Part shown: positions 43,933 to 53,180 of the stretch, piece by piece
How positions within the stretch are numbered: position 1 is the first letter of the stretch
Layout: each line of letters starts with the position of its first letter
Origin: Terriglobales bacterium
Lineage (GTDB): Bacteria > Acidobacteriota > Terriglobia > Terriglobales > SCQP01
NCBI GenBank assembly: GCA_050747745.1
Contig: JBOGKM010000086.1
Location: forward strand, 69,734 to 133,733
Direction of reading: 5' to 3'
DNA: 64,000 bases
Made by a program: the position numbers and the translations under genes
Notes under the pieces: model-generated
Told to the model about the DNA's origin: nothing
The model's input: the letters and a program-made list of their open reading frames with translations, nothing else
Database searches by the model: none

Positions 43933-46551
43933 ATGTCTGACTTGGACCATGCCGCGCCGGCGCTGCACGCCTGGTGGCCCGCCACGGAGCCGCAACTGCG
44001 GGCCGACTTGGTGGCGGCCGCCGAAACCGATGCTGGACTGGCGAATCGGCTGCTGCGCTACACCGCCCAAAAATTGAACGTGCGCGAGAGCTGGCTGCGG
44101 CGCCAGACGGGAGGGTGGCAGGCCCGCGCCGTCCGGCTCCCGGCGCTGCCGGAGAGCCTGGCAAGCGAGTTGGCGGCACATTTTCTGCGGGAACGGCACC
44201 GCCCCATGCTCGCCGCCTTCCTGGACAGCCTGGGCATCGCAAGCAATTTCGGTTTTCTGGACCACCACCCTCCGCCGCCGGAACCAGAGCGGCTGGGCAA
44301 GGCGGTGCATTCCCTGCTGGAACGGTATCCGGACGGGGTCGTGCGGCTGTATCTGCTGGCACTGTACTGGCAGAGCGAGGCATGGGCGGGACTGGCGCCG
44401 TGGCTGAGCGCGCCCCCAACCTCTGCGGACGCGCCCGTGCCGGCTGCGGCGCCCGCGCCCGAGCCCACCGGAGGCGAACAGCTTTCGCCGCTCGACAAGG
44501 TGTTGACGCTGGCAATCGTGGCCAGCGTGCAGGGAATCGAGGGGGCTCTGAGCGCCGAGGAGATGGACGACATCGTCGACGAAGTGGTCCACCTCAACCT
44601 GGCGCGGCACCGCAGCTACTTCCATTTGGGCCATCTGCATGCCCTCCGTCATCAGCCGCTGGCCGCGACCCTGGCGGGCGGGAATCCCGACCGCCGGCTC
44701 TGGTATCTCACCGGCGCGTTCGTCGGCTACGCCCGGGAGTGCAACTGGGATGCGATTTTGGCCATGCTCGACGCCGAGGATCTGTTGCCACTGGGCCAAG
44801 TGTGCGATGCGCGTGCCCTGCAAGCCGGTCCGCACATTCTGGCCGCGATGATCGAGCGCGGCCAGGCCGCCCGCATCACCTCGTTTTTCCGTCCCGGGGT
44901 GCTGCTGGCCTGCGGCGGCGTGCATCAGGTTTTTGCCTGCGCCCGCCAGCTGTTTCAGGACCAACGTTTGCAGGAAGCCGACAAACTGCTGGAGCTGGTG
45001 CTGCTGGCCTGCGGCGAGGGATTGCCCGACACGGAGTTGGAGACCATGGCGCTGCGGCTGCGCGCCCACTGCATGCAGTGGCGCGGCGACTTCTCCGGCG
45101 CCCGCCTGCACCTGCAGGCGCTGCTCGAGGACAGTAGCACCCACGATCGCGCCGGCATTCTGACCGATCTGGCCATGGGGCGGGCGGGGTTGCGGCGCCT
45201 GGCGGAGGTTGAGGTCCCGGCGGTTCGTGAAAGCGCGGCCGCGTTACGGCGGAATCTGGAAGACATCCGGGAGCTGCTGCTGGAGGCGGCGCGCGCGCCG
45301 GGCCGTCAGGGGCATGCCCACTACTGCCTGGGCGTGCTGGCGCTGCTGCAGGAGCAACATCGGGAGGCCGTTTTGCATCTCGAGCTGGCGCTGGCCGAGT
45401 TCCAGCGCGGCGATCGCCTCTACCGCGCCTTCCAGTTGGAAGAGCGCTGCTCGTTTTATCTGGGGGTGGCGCTGCTCGGCGATTTAGATGCAGCCCGGGT
45501 CAGCTATGCGCTGGAGCGGATCGAATCTGGTCTGCGCGGCGGCCTGCGACCGCCGCCAGCCCTGCTGCTAACCGCCGCCGAGGGACTGGACGCGATTGAC
45601 CGCCAGTCGGGCCTGCAAAACCTGGCGGAGCTGGTGGCCGAGACGCTCGGCGAAGAGGCACTGGACTCCCTTGTCGTTCCCGGGCGCAGCATGTGCCTGC
45701 CGGTGCTGAAGCGTATCCACCGGCGCGCCCTCGACGGCGCCCGGCCAGCACAGGAGCGCATGCGCGACCTGCTACGGGTTGCCCGCGCCGCGCCCCAGGT
45801 GCGGGGGGCGGCCGGGCTGCAAGCCGAGGCCCTCGATGGGCTGCAAACCCTGTCGCGCGGTCTCCCGCACTCGGCCGCGGCCGATGAATTTCTGGATTTC
45901 CTTGAGGATCAGAAGGCGGCTGCCTACGATCCGGCATGGAAAAACACCGATGCGCTCGCCGCCGCTGCGCTGCTGCGCGAATGCCGCGGCGAACTCGATC
46001 GCGCGGCAGGCTTGCTGGAAGCATTGGCGCAGGCGCTGCTCAGCCAGAACGTGTACGGTGCCGAGCACGAGGCCCTGGATATCGCGGAACGGATCGAAGC
46101 CTACGGCGCCGGGCGCGATACCACGCCCATCCGTAGCCGCCTGCACGCCGGTTCCGCTCAGCCGCCGGCCTCGCCCGTGCGCAAGACACGGCCGGCGTCC
46201 ATCGCCGTCATCGGCGGAGACGAGGGGCTCGCGGGGATGGAGGAACAAATCCGAACTCAGGTCGGCAAACTCGATGCCGCAATAACACTGGAATTGATTC
46301 ACACCGATTGGTCCAGCAATGGCGGCGAGCAGTTCGATCGCCTCCGGTCCTCGTTGGCAACCTTCGACGCCATCGTAGTCATGCGCCTCATCCGGACGCA
46401 CCTCGGCCGCATGTTGCGGGCCGGGCATCCGCGCTGGATCGGGTGCAGCGGCTGCAGCGCCAGCTCGATTGTGCGCGCCGTCCTGCTCGCCGCCGAGCGC
46501 AGCCGCGAAAAAGCGCCCGCGCGGGCCCGCGCGCGCGCCGCTGGCCGATGA
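43933..46551 (+). CDS. Large helical-repeat (TPR-like) protein with DUF2325-like C-terminal domain
   Basis: 872-aa ORF with strong G/C third-position bias and Leu/Ala/Glu/Arg-rich helical repeats; no NTPase or nuclease motif was seen. The last ~100 aa (SIAVIGGDEG...FDAIVVMRLIRTHLGRML...CSGCSASSIVRAVL) resemble my recollection of the DUF2325 pattern (IGG ... D-x-V ... H ... SSS). Confidence 0.65.
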   Translation: MSDLDHAAPALHAWWPATEPQLRADLVAAAETDAGLANRLLRYTAQKLNVRESWLRRQTGGWQARAVRLPALPESLASELAAHFLRERHRPMLAAFLDSLGIASNFGFLDHHPPPPEPERLGKAVHSLLERYPDGVVRLYLLALYWQSEAWAGLAPWLSAPPTSADAPVPAAAPAPEPTGGEQLSPLDKVLTLAIVASVQGIEGALSAEEMDDIVDEVVHLNLARHRSYFHLGHLHALRHQPLAATLAGGNPDRRLWYLTGAFVGYARECNWDAILAMLDAEDLLPLGQVCDARALQAGPHILAAMIERGQAARITSFFRPGVLLACGGVHQVFACARQLFQDQRLQEADKLLELVLLACGEGLPDTELETMALRLRAHCMQWRGDFSGARLHLQALLEDSSTHDRAGILTDLAMGRAGLRRLAEVEVPAVRESAAALRRNLEDIRELLLEAARAPGRQGHAHYCLGVLALLQEQHREAVLHLELALAEFQRGDRLYRAFQLEERCSFYLGVALLGDLDAARVSYALERIESGLRGGLRPPPALLLTAAEGLDAIDRQSGLQNLAELVAETLGEEALDSLVVPGRSMCLPVLKRIHRRALDGARPAQERMRDLLRVARAAPQVRGAAGLQAEALDGLQTLSRGLPHSAAADEFLDFLEDQKAAAYDPAWKNTDALAAAALLRECRGELDRAAGLLEALAQALLSQNVYGAEHEALDIAERIEAYGAGRDTTPIRSRLHAGSAQPPASPVRKTRPASIAVIGGDEGLAGMEEQIRTQVGKLDAAITLELIHTDWSSNGGEQFDRLRSSLATFDAIVVMRLIRTHLGRMLRAGHPRWIGCSGCSASSIVRAVLLAAERSREKAPARARARAAGR

Positions 46552-46580
46552 GCTTGCGCCGTGCGACGCGAAAGAAGTTG

Positions 46581-46609
46581 TTCCAACTCCTAAAGTTGGG
46601 CATTAAAAT
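46581..46609 (+). promoter_or_regulatory. Candidate sigma-70-type promoter for the BNR-repeat gene
   Basis: TTCCAA-N17-TAAAAT lies in a locally AT-rich patch about 50 nt upstream of ATG 46662. The spacer contains a 6-bp inverted repeat, CCAACT/AGTTGG. Pattern match only. Confidence 0.25.
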
Positions 46610-46661
46610 GAATCGGAGAATGTGCATCGTGCAGTGATGAGCGTGGCGGGGGTGACTGAGA

Positions 46662-49600
46662 ATGCGTAAGGAAAGTTATTTTCTGGCGGCGGTCGCGGTT
46701 CTGGCCCTGGTGATCAGGGTACCGAATGCAGTCGCTGCCTCGGTTCCGGCTACCGCGCTGACCCGCGCGCTGCGCTGGCGCAACGTAGGCCCCTACGTGG
46801 GCGGGCGCGTCACCTCGGTGGCGGGCGTGGCTCAGAACCCCAACCTCTACTACATGGCCACCGCCGGCGGCGGCGTATGGGAAACCAAAAACGCCGGGCA
46901 CAACTGGAGGAACATTTCCGACAAGTACTTCAAGACTGGGAATATCGGCGCCATCGCCGTCTCACCCTCCAATCCCAGCATCATTTATGTAGGCACCGGA
47001 GACTCGGCGCCTCGCAACACGGTCCTGACGACCGGCGGAGACAATGGCGGGATGTACAAAACCACCGATGGCGGCCAGACCTGGACGCAAATCGGACTGG
47101 AACAGACGCATTCCATCAGTTGGATCGTCGTGGATCCGAGTAACCCGGACGTGGTCTACGTCGCGGCTTTGGGCCATATCTTTGCTCCCAATCCCGCCCG
47201 CGGCGTCTACAAGACTACCGATGGGGGTCAGACGTGGCAAAAGATTCTTTATGTGAATGACTACACCGGCGCCGTCACTCTCGCGATGGACCCACAAAAT
47301 CCACAGGTGCTGTACGCCACCATGTGGCAGTTCTACCGCCGGCCGTGGACGCTCTCCAGCGGAGGACCCGGCAGCGGCCTCTATAAGACCACCGACGGCG
47401 GTGCGCACTGGACCAACCTCAGCCAAAACCCCGGGTTGCCGAGCGGCATTTGGGGCAATGTGGGTGTCGCCCTCGCCCCCAGCGAGCCCAATGTGGTGTA
47501 CGTGCTGATTCAGGCGAATTATAAACCTGGGCTTCCGGGCGGCTTGTTCCGCTCCGACAACGGCGGGCAGAGCTGGCAGTTGATGAGCGACAGCCTCGAC
47601 ATCACCCAGCGCGCCTATTACTACATGCGCGTCTATGTCGATCCGACCGATGCCAACACGATCTATTTGCCCAACGTCGGCGTTTACGCCTCCCACGACG
47701 CGGGCAAATCCCTGATCGCGCTGCATCCTCCCCACGGCGACAACCATGCCTTCTGGATCAATCCGAACCACCCCAATGACCTGATCGAGGGAAATGACGG
47801 CGGTGCGACGGTCTCTCTGAACGGCGGAAAAACCTGGAGCACCGAGCACAATCAACCCACCGGGCAGGTTTATCACGCCAATCTCGACAACCAGTTTCCA
47901 TTCCATATTTACGGCGCGCAGCAGGACGAGGATTCCTCCGAAGGCCCCAGCGCCGTACCTGCCGGCGCGATTCCCGCCGTGTGGACCTCGGTGCGCGGCG
48001 GCGAGGAGTGCTGGGTCGTGCCGGTGCCGGATCAGCCCTGGATCACGTACACCTGCGATGAATTCAGCGTCAACACCAAGTTCAACCGGAGGACGGGTGA
48101 GGACGACAATGTGAGCCCATGGCCCGCGGACAAAAACGGCTCTGCCGGATATGAAATCAAATACCGCTACGGCTGGAACCACCATGCCGCTGCCACCAGT
48201 CCCGACAATCCCAACGAGTTCCTGCTGGGCGCCAACGTGCTCTTCAAGACCCTCGACGGAGGCGTGGACTGGCAAGTCATCAGCCCGGATCTGACCCGCA
48301 ACGACAAGAGCAAACAAGTCCGGTCCGGCGGGCCAATCAGCAAAGACCAGACTGGCGAGGAAATGTATGACACCATTTCCGCGATTCGTGTCTCTCCGCT
48401 GAACGGCCAGATCATCTGGGTAGGTTCCGACGACGGCTTGGTGCATGTGACCAGCGATGGCGGAGCGCACTGGAGCAACGTGACCCCGCCCGGTCTTCCT
48501 GCCTGGGCCGTCATCACCAGCGTGGAACCCTCGCACGTGGCCAAAGGCGCAGCCTACGTTTCCGCCAGCCGCTACATGATGGACGACTTCCATCCCTACG
48601 TGTACAAGACCAGCGATTTTGGCCAGCACTGGATCCCCATCACCCACGGCCTGCCTTCCGATGAATACATCAACAGCGTGAGGCAGGACCCGAGCGATCC
48701 GAACCTACTGCTCGCCGGCTCGAGCCTGAGCGTGTATTTCAGTGAGGATGGCGGCAGCCACTGGATGCCTCTCCGTCTCAATTTGCCCCCCGTGCGCGTC
48801 AACGACATCGAGTTCCAGCCCGAGCAGCATGCGGTCGTGCTGGCCACCTTCGGCCGCGCCTACTGGGTGCTGGACAACCTCCAGTTCCTGGAACAGCTCG
48901 GCAGGGCGAACGTATCGAGCACCGCACCCTATCTGTTCCAACCCCAGCAAACTTGGCTGGTCAAGCGCAGGACGTTCAGTTTCGGTGGAAGAGGTTCCGG
49001 AGGGACGAATCTCGCGCCCGGCGCGACGGTCTTCTTCTATCTGCCATCGAGTTACTCCCGTGGAAACCCCGTGAAGCTGAGCTTCACGACCGCCGCCGGC
49101 AAGCTAATCCGCAGGTTTAGCCTGCCGCAGGCTCCCCCGGTGCGTCACTCCGCATTCCGCGCAGCGGCCCGCAGGCCGCCCAGCCTTCACCCCGGCGTGA
49201 ACCGCTTCCAGTGGGATCTGCGCTATCCCGATGCCGTGGACGTCAATGGCGTCCTCTGGTCGGAAAATGGCGCCAGTGAACCGGTGGGGCCGCAAGTCGT
49301 CCCCGGCACCTATTACGTGCTACTCAGTGATGCCGGCAATACGCAGAAGCAGCCCTTCATAGTGAAACTCGACCCGCGTCTCAGCGCCTCGCAGGCCGCC
49401 TTGCGGCAGCGTTTCGATCTGATGGTGCGGATCGACCATGCGCTCGATCAGCTTGATACGCTCCTGGACCAGTCTTTGCACGTGCAAACCGAGCTGCAAA
49501 AGGCCATTGCCGCCAACCGCGTTTCCGGCCAGGCCGCACAGCTGGCCGAGTCGAACCTGAGCCAAAACATTGACAGCCTGGTGAACCTCAAAATCCAGTC

Positions 49601-49796
49601 CTCCGAGGGCGGGCTGATGTTCCGTGCCCGGCTGCATGCCTGGCTGACGAACATTGACCAGCACGTGGATGGTCAGTACGAGGCTCCTACGCCGGGCATG
49701 GTCCGTGTCGCCAACATGTATATGCAACAGGCCCGTGAAGGAGTCGCACACCTGAAGGCCGCTCTCGCAGCGGCGCAAGCAGCCTTGAAGGGCTGA
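46662..49796 (+). CDS. Secreted sortilin/VPS10-type BNR (Asp-box) repeat protein, glycoside-hydrolase-like
   Basis: 1044-aa ORF with a signal peptide (FLAAVAVLALVIRVPNAVAA). It has at least 8 Asp-box repeats (S/T-x-D-x-G-x-x-W), for example TTDGGQTW twice, TTDGGAHW, SDNGGQSW, TSDGGAHW and SEDGGSHW. Confidence 0.8.
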   Translation: MRKESYFLAAVAVLALVIRVPNAVAASVPATALTRALRWRNVGPYVGGRVTSVAGVAQNPNLYYMATAGGGVWETKNAGHNWRNISDKYFKTGNIGAIAVSPSNPSIIYVGTGDSAPRNTVLTTGGDNGGMYKTTDGGQTWTQIGLEQTHSISWIVVDPSNPDVVYVAALGHIFAPNPARGVYKTTDGGQTWQKILYVNDYTGAVTLAMDPQNPQVLYATMWQFYRRPWTLSSGGPGSGLYKTTDGGAHWTNLSQNPGLPSGIWGNVGVALAPSEPNVVYVLIQANYKPGLPGGLFRSDNGGQSWQLMSDSLDITQRAYYYMRVYVDPTDANTIYLPNVGVYASHDAGKSLIALHPPHGDNHAFWINPNHPNDLIEGNDGGATVSLNGGKTWSTEHNQPTGQVYHANLDNQFPFHIYGAQQDEDSSEGPSAVPAGAIPAVWTSVRGGEECWVVPVPDQPWITYTCDEFSVNTKFNRRTGEDDNVSPWPADKNGSAGYEIKYRYGWNHHAAATSPDNPNEFLLGANVLFKTLDGGVDWQVISPDLTRNDKSKQVRSGGPISKDQTGEEMYDTISAIRVSPLNGQIIWVGSDDGLVHVTSDGGAHWSNVTPPGLPAWAVITSVEPSHVAKGAAYVSASRYMMDDFHPYVYKTSDFGQHWIPITHGLPSDEYINSVRQDPSDPNLLLAGSSLSVYFSEDGGSHWMPLRLNLPPVRVNDIEFQPEQHAVVLATFGRAYWVLDNLQFLEQLGRANVSSTAPYLFQPQQTWLVKRRTFSFGGRGSGGTNLAPGATVFFYLPSSYSRGNPVKLSFTTAAGKLIRRFSLPQAPPVRHSAFRAAARRPPSLHPGVNRFQWDLRYPDAVDVNGVLWSENGASEPVGPQVVPGTYYVLLSDAGNTQKQPFIVKLDPRLSASQAALRQRFDLMVRIDHALDQLDTLLDQSLHVQTELQKAIAANRVSGQAAQLAESNLSQNIDSLVNLKIQSSEGGLMFRARLHAWLTNIDQHVDGQYEAPTPGMVRVANMYMQQAREGVAHLKAALAAAQAALKG

Positions 49797-49809
49797 GCGC
49801 GCGCCCGCT

Positions 49810-50553
49810 TCAGGCGATTTTCTTCTGGTGCCGTTCGTGCTCGGCGTCTGATTCCGTGCCCAGCCGCGCCGCCTTGCCGGCCAACCGCTGCCGGTGCGCC
49901 TCCAACAGCGTTCCCCGCAGCTCCACCGGACCCATGCCGCGGCTGAGATCGAACTCGCTCTGCGGTGTACCCGGCTCGCGCTTCACCACCGTCCCCTGCT
50001 GGCCGGGGTTGGGAATCGTGGATTCGACCTTGGGCGCGGGCTGGCGCGGCGGCGGCTCGATGGGCGCCGGGGGGACAGGAGTGACCACCGTGGTGGTTTC
50101 CGCCTCGCGCGGCAGCGTGGAGCGCCCGCTGCCTGAGGTGGCGGGATTTTCGGCCGCCGAATCACCCCCGCACTCCACCAGCGTGCGCCGCGCCTGCTGC
50201 CACCGGTCTGCCGGCGCCTGCACCGTCACCAGCACGCCGTTGTGCTCCAGCCGGTCGCGATAGTTGCTCGCCTGGTGCTCGGACAAATTCGCGGCCAGCA
50301 GCGTGCCGTGTACGTCCATGATGCTGGCATAGTCGCTTTCTTCATCCGTGCGCTCCAGTGTGCCGACGTTGGCGCTGGTGGCCATGCCCGGCTTAGTTTC
50401 GGTCTTTTCCGCCAGCTGGCGTTCCTGGTTGTCGTCGTGCGAGGCGACGCCGATCTGGGCGAAGCCGGCCTGCCGCAGCTCTGCAATGGCGTTCTGCGCG
50501 TCCGAAGATTTGCCGAAAAAAGCCGCTGCCAGGTGTTGCAGTTGGGGTGACAT
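49810..50553 (-). CDS. Hypothetical protein (N-terminal stress-protein-like domain, Pro-rich linker)
   Basis: ATG 50553 has an AAGGAGG SD. The N-terminal ~120 aa are globular, followed by a Pro/Thr-rich low-complexity stretch and a charged tail. No confident family assignment. Confidence 0.5.
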   Translation of the reverse strand: MSPQLQHLAAAFFGKSSDAQNAIAELRQAGFAQIGVASHDDNQERQLAEKTETKPGMATSANVGTLERTDEESDYASIMDVHGTLLAANLSEHQASNYRDRLEHNGVLVTVQAPADRWQQARRTLVECGGDSAAENPATSGSGRSTLPREAETTTVVTPVPPAPIEPPPRQPAPKVESTIPNPGQQGTVVKREPGTPQSEFDLSRGMGPVELRGTLLEAHRQRLAGKAARLGTESDAEHERHQKKIA

Positions 50554-50612
50554 GAGATCCTCCTTGCTTGACTTGGATGCGGCGGCTGGTTCCGCGGCTA
50601 AACTAAAGAGCA

Positions 50613-51896
50613 ATGCTCGACCGCAATTTTGTTCGCGCCCATCTGGGCGAAATCGCCGCGATGCTGGAGTGGCGGCGCATGAGCCTGGACCTCAACCGGT
50701 TCCGCGATCTCGACCAGCGCCGGCGCGAGCTGATCCAGCACTCCGACGCGCTGAAGCAGGAGCGCAATCAGGCTTCCGAACGCGTGGCCGAACTGAAGCG
50801 CGGATCCGGCCGCGATGGCCCCGAAGCCGCTCAACTCGTCGCCTCCACGCGAACGCTGGGAGAGCGCATCGCCGCGCTCGACGCGGAAGCCAAATCCCTG
50901 GACCAGGAACTTGATCCCATCCTGCTCAGCCTTCCCAATCTGCCTTCCGCCGCCACTCCCCTCGGTTCCTCCGAAGCCGACAACGTCGAGATCCGGCGCT
51001 GGGGCCAGCCGCGCACGTTCGGCTTCACGCCCCAGCCGCACTGGGAGTTGGGCGCGCGGCTGGGCATTCTCGATCTCGACGCCGCCGCCCGCATCTCCGG
51101 CGCGCGCTTTGCCGTCTACCGCGGCCTGGGCGCGCGGCTGGAACGCGCGCTGGCCAACTTCATGCTCGACCGTCACACTGCCCGGCACGGCTACACCGAA
51201 GTGCTGCCGCCCGTGCTGGTCAACAGCCAGAGCATGCGCGGCACCGGACAGTTGCCCAAGTTTGCCGCCGATCTGTTTAAGTGCGAAGGCACCGACCTCT
51301 GGCTGATCCCGACCGCCGAAGTCCCTCTCATCAACTTGTTTGCGGGTCAGGTGCTCGACGCCGCTGCGCTGCCGGTGAGCGTGACCGGCTACACGCCGTG
51401 CTTCCGCGGCGAAGCCGGCTCCTACGGCAAAGACGTCCGCGGCATCATCCGCCAGCATCAGTTTCAGAAAGTCGAGCTGGTGAAAATTGCCCATCCCGAC
51501 CACTCCGCCCAGGATCACGAACAGCTCACCCGCGATGCCGAAGCCATTTTGCAGGAACTCGAACTCCCCTACCGGGTTATGAACCTGTGTACCGCCGATC
51601 TGGGCTTCAGCGCCGCCCAGACCTACGACCTGGAAGTGTGGCTGCCCGGCCAGAATCAGTTCCGCGAGATCAGCTCCTGCTCCAACTGCGGCGACTTCCA
51701 GGCGCGGCGCGCCAACATCCGCTGCCGCGAGGGCAAGAAAACGGCGCTGGCTCATACCCTCAACGGCAGCGGGCTGGCGATCGGACGGACCTGGATTGCG
51801 ATCCTGGAAAATTTCCAGCAGGCGGACGGCTCGGTCTTCATTCCCCGCGCCCTGCAAGCCTACATGGATACGGATCGTATCCCGGCGGAGTCCTGA
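50613..51896 (+). CDS. serS: Serine--tRNA ligase
   Basis: 427-aa ORF with an N-terminal coiled-coil arm, class II motif 2 TPCFRGEAGSYGKDVRGIIRQHQFQKVE and motif 3 GSGLAIGRTWIAILEN. Confidence 0.92.
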   Translation: MLDRNFVRAHLGEIAAMLEWRRMSLDLNRFRDLDQRRRELIQHSDALKQERNQASERVAELKRGSGRDGPEAAQLVASTRTLGERIAALDAEAKSLDQELDPILLSLPNLPSAATPLGSSEADNVEIRRWGQPRTFGFTPQPHWELGARLGILDLDAAARISGARFAVYRGLGARLERALANFMLDRHTARHGYTEVLPPVLVNSQSMRGTGQLPKFAADLFKCEGTDLWLIPTAEVPLINLFAGQVLDAAALPVSVTGYTPCFRGEAGSYGKDVRGIIRQHQFQKVELVKIAHPDHSAQDHEQLTRDAEAILQELELPYRVMNLCTADLGFSAAQTYDLEVWLPGQNQFREISSCSNCGDFQARRANIRCREGKKTALAHTLNGSGLAIGRTWIAILENFQQADGSVFIPRALQAYMDTDRIPAES

Positions 51897-53164
51897 TGCA
51901 TTCCACCATGAACATGCCCATCCATCATCCCATCGTTTTCAAGCATGCCAAGGTCTTCGACGGCGAATCCCCCGAGTTGCGCGCCGGGCAGATGGTGCGC
52001 GTGGTGGGCGACGCCATCGAAGCCGTCGGACCGCACGTCCCGACTGCCGATGCCGAGGTCGTCGACTGCGGCGGACGCGTGCTCATGCCCGGCCTTATCG
52101 ATGCCCATGTGCACGTGTACGCCGCCAGCCTCAACGTCGGGCGCCTTGCGCGCACGCCCCATTCCTACCTGGCGCTGTTTGCCCTGCGTTCGCTGCGCTC
52201 CAGCCTCGACCGCGGCTTCACCACCATTCGCGACGTGGGCGGCGCCGATGTGGGCTTGGCGACCGCCCTGCGCGAGGGCCTGGGGGGGCTGGTGCCGCGC
52301 CTGTTTTACGGCGGCCGCGTGATCAGCCAGACCGGCGGGCACGGCGACTTCCGACCCGGAGATCATCAACTCGACGATGCCATTCCCTGCGGCTGCGCCG
52401 CTCACGCCGACGTCATGGCCGTGATCGCCGATGGGGCCGATGCGGTCCGCCGCGCCGTGCGCGAGGAGCTGCGCCGCGGCGCCAGCCACATCAAGCTCAT
52501 GGGCTCCGGCGGCGTCGTCTCGCCCACCGATCCGCTCGAACGCTGCCAGTATTCCGATGAGGAAATCCGCGCCGCCGTCGAGGAAGCCACGCGCGCCGGC
52601 GCCTATGTCGCCACCCATTGCCATCCCGCCGCCGCGGTGCGCCGCTCGGCCGCGCTGGGCGTGCGCTCCATTGAGCACGCCACCCTGGTCGACGCCCCCA
52701 CCGCCGACTTTGTCGCCGAACGCGGCGCCTTCGTCGTCCCGACCATGGCCACCGTGGTGGCGCTGGCCGAGGAGGGCGCCAACCTCGGTCTGCCCGCTCC
52801 CAGCCTGGCCAAGCTGCACCGCATCGCCGATCGCGCCCGGGGATCGCTCGCCATCCTCCAGTCTGCGGGCGTGAAGCTGGGCTTTGGCACCGATCTGCTC
52901 GGCCGTTTGCAGGAGCGCCAAGGCAGCGAGTTCACCCTCCGCGCCCAGGCCCTGCCCACGCTCGAGGTTTTACGCTCCGCCACCAGCACCAACGCCGAAC
53001 TGCTGGGCCAGGCGGGCAAACTCGGTTGCATCCGCCCCGGCGCCGCCGCCGACCTGCTGCTGGTAAACGGCAACCCGCTCGAGGACATTTCCCTCCTGGC
53101 TCACAACGGCGCCGCCCTGGCGGTGATCCTCGCCCAGGGCCAGTTCCACAAGCACACCTCGTAG
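51896..53164 (+). CDS. Amidohydrolase family metal-dependent hydrolase
   Basis: ATG 51896 shares one nucleotide with the serS stop (TGATG). It has MPGLIDAHVHV (HxH) and later HIKLMGSGG, ATHCH and FGTDL metal/ligand blocks. The ORF-track extension back to 51281 runs out of frame through serS and is rejected. Confidence 0.85.
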   Translation: MHSTMNMPIHHPIVFKHAKVFDGESPELRAGQMVRVVGDAIEAVGPHVPTADAEVVDCGGRVLMPGLIDAHVHVYAASLNVGRLARTPHSYLALFALRSLRSSLDRGFTTIRDVGGADVGLATALREGLGGLVPRLFYGGRVISQTGGHGDFRPGDHQLDDAIPCGCAAHADVMAVIADGADAVRRAVREELRRGASHIKLMGSGGVVSPTDPLERCQYSDEEIRAAVEEATRAGAYVATHCHPAAAVRRSAALGVRSIEHATLVDAPTADFVAERGAFVVPTMATVVALAEEGANLGLPAPSLAKLHRIADRARGSLAILQSAGVKLGFGTDLLGRLQERQGSEFTLRAQALPTLEVLRSATSTNAELLGQAGKLGCIRPGAAADLLLVNGNPLEDISLLAHNGAALAVILAQGQFHKHTS

Positions 53165-53180
53165 CAGATAAACTGAAGAG

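Noticed and set aside
43792-45144. 450-aa minus-strand ORF, and several 180-390-aa ORFs in other frames, over the 872-aa gene
   Set aside because: Only the plus-strand 43933-46551 frame shows G/C concentrated at third positions and a balanced amino-acid composition. The others are Arg/Gly/Pro/Gln-rich shadows.
46962-48647. 561-aa minus-strand ORF over the BNR-repeat gene
   Set aside because: It is antisense to a gene with 8 or more Asp-box repeats and a signal peptide. No features of its own.
50598-51857. 419-aa minus-strand ORF over serS
   Set aside because: It is antisense to serS, which has class II motifs 2 and 3. It is a shadow ORF.
51281-51895. N-terminal 205 codons of the 627-aa ORF 51281-53164
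   Set aside because: This part runs out of frame through the 3' half of serS and is Arg/Pro-rich. The amidohydrolase homology begins at ATG 51896, which overlaps the serS stop.
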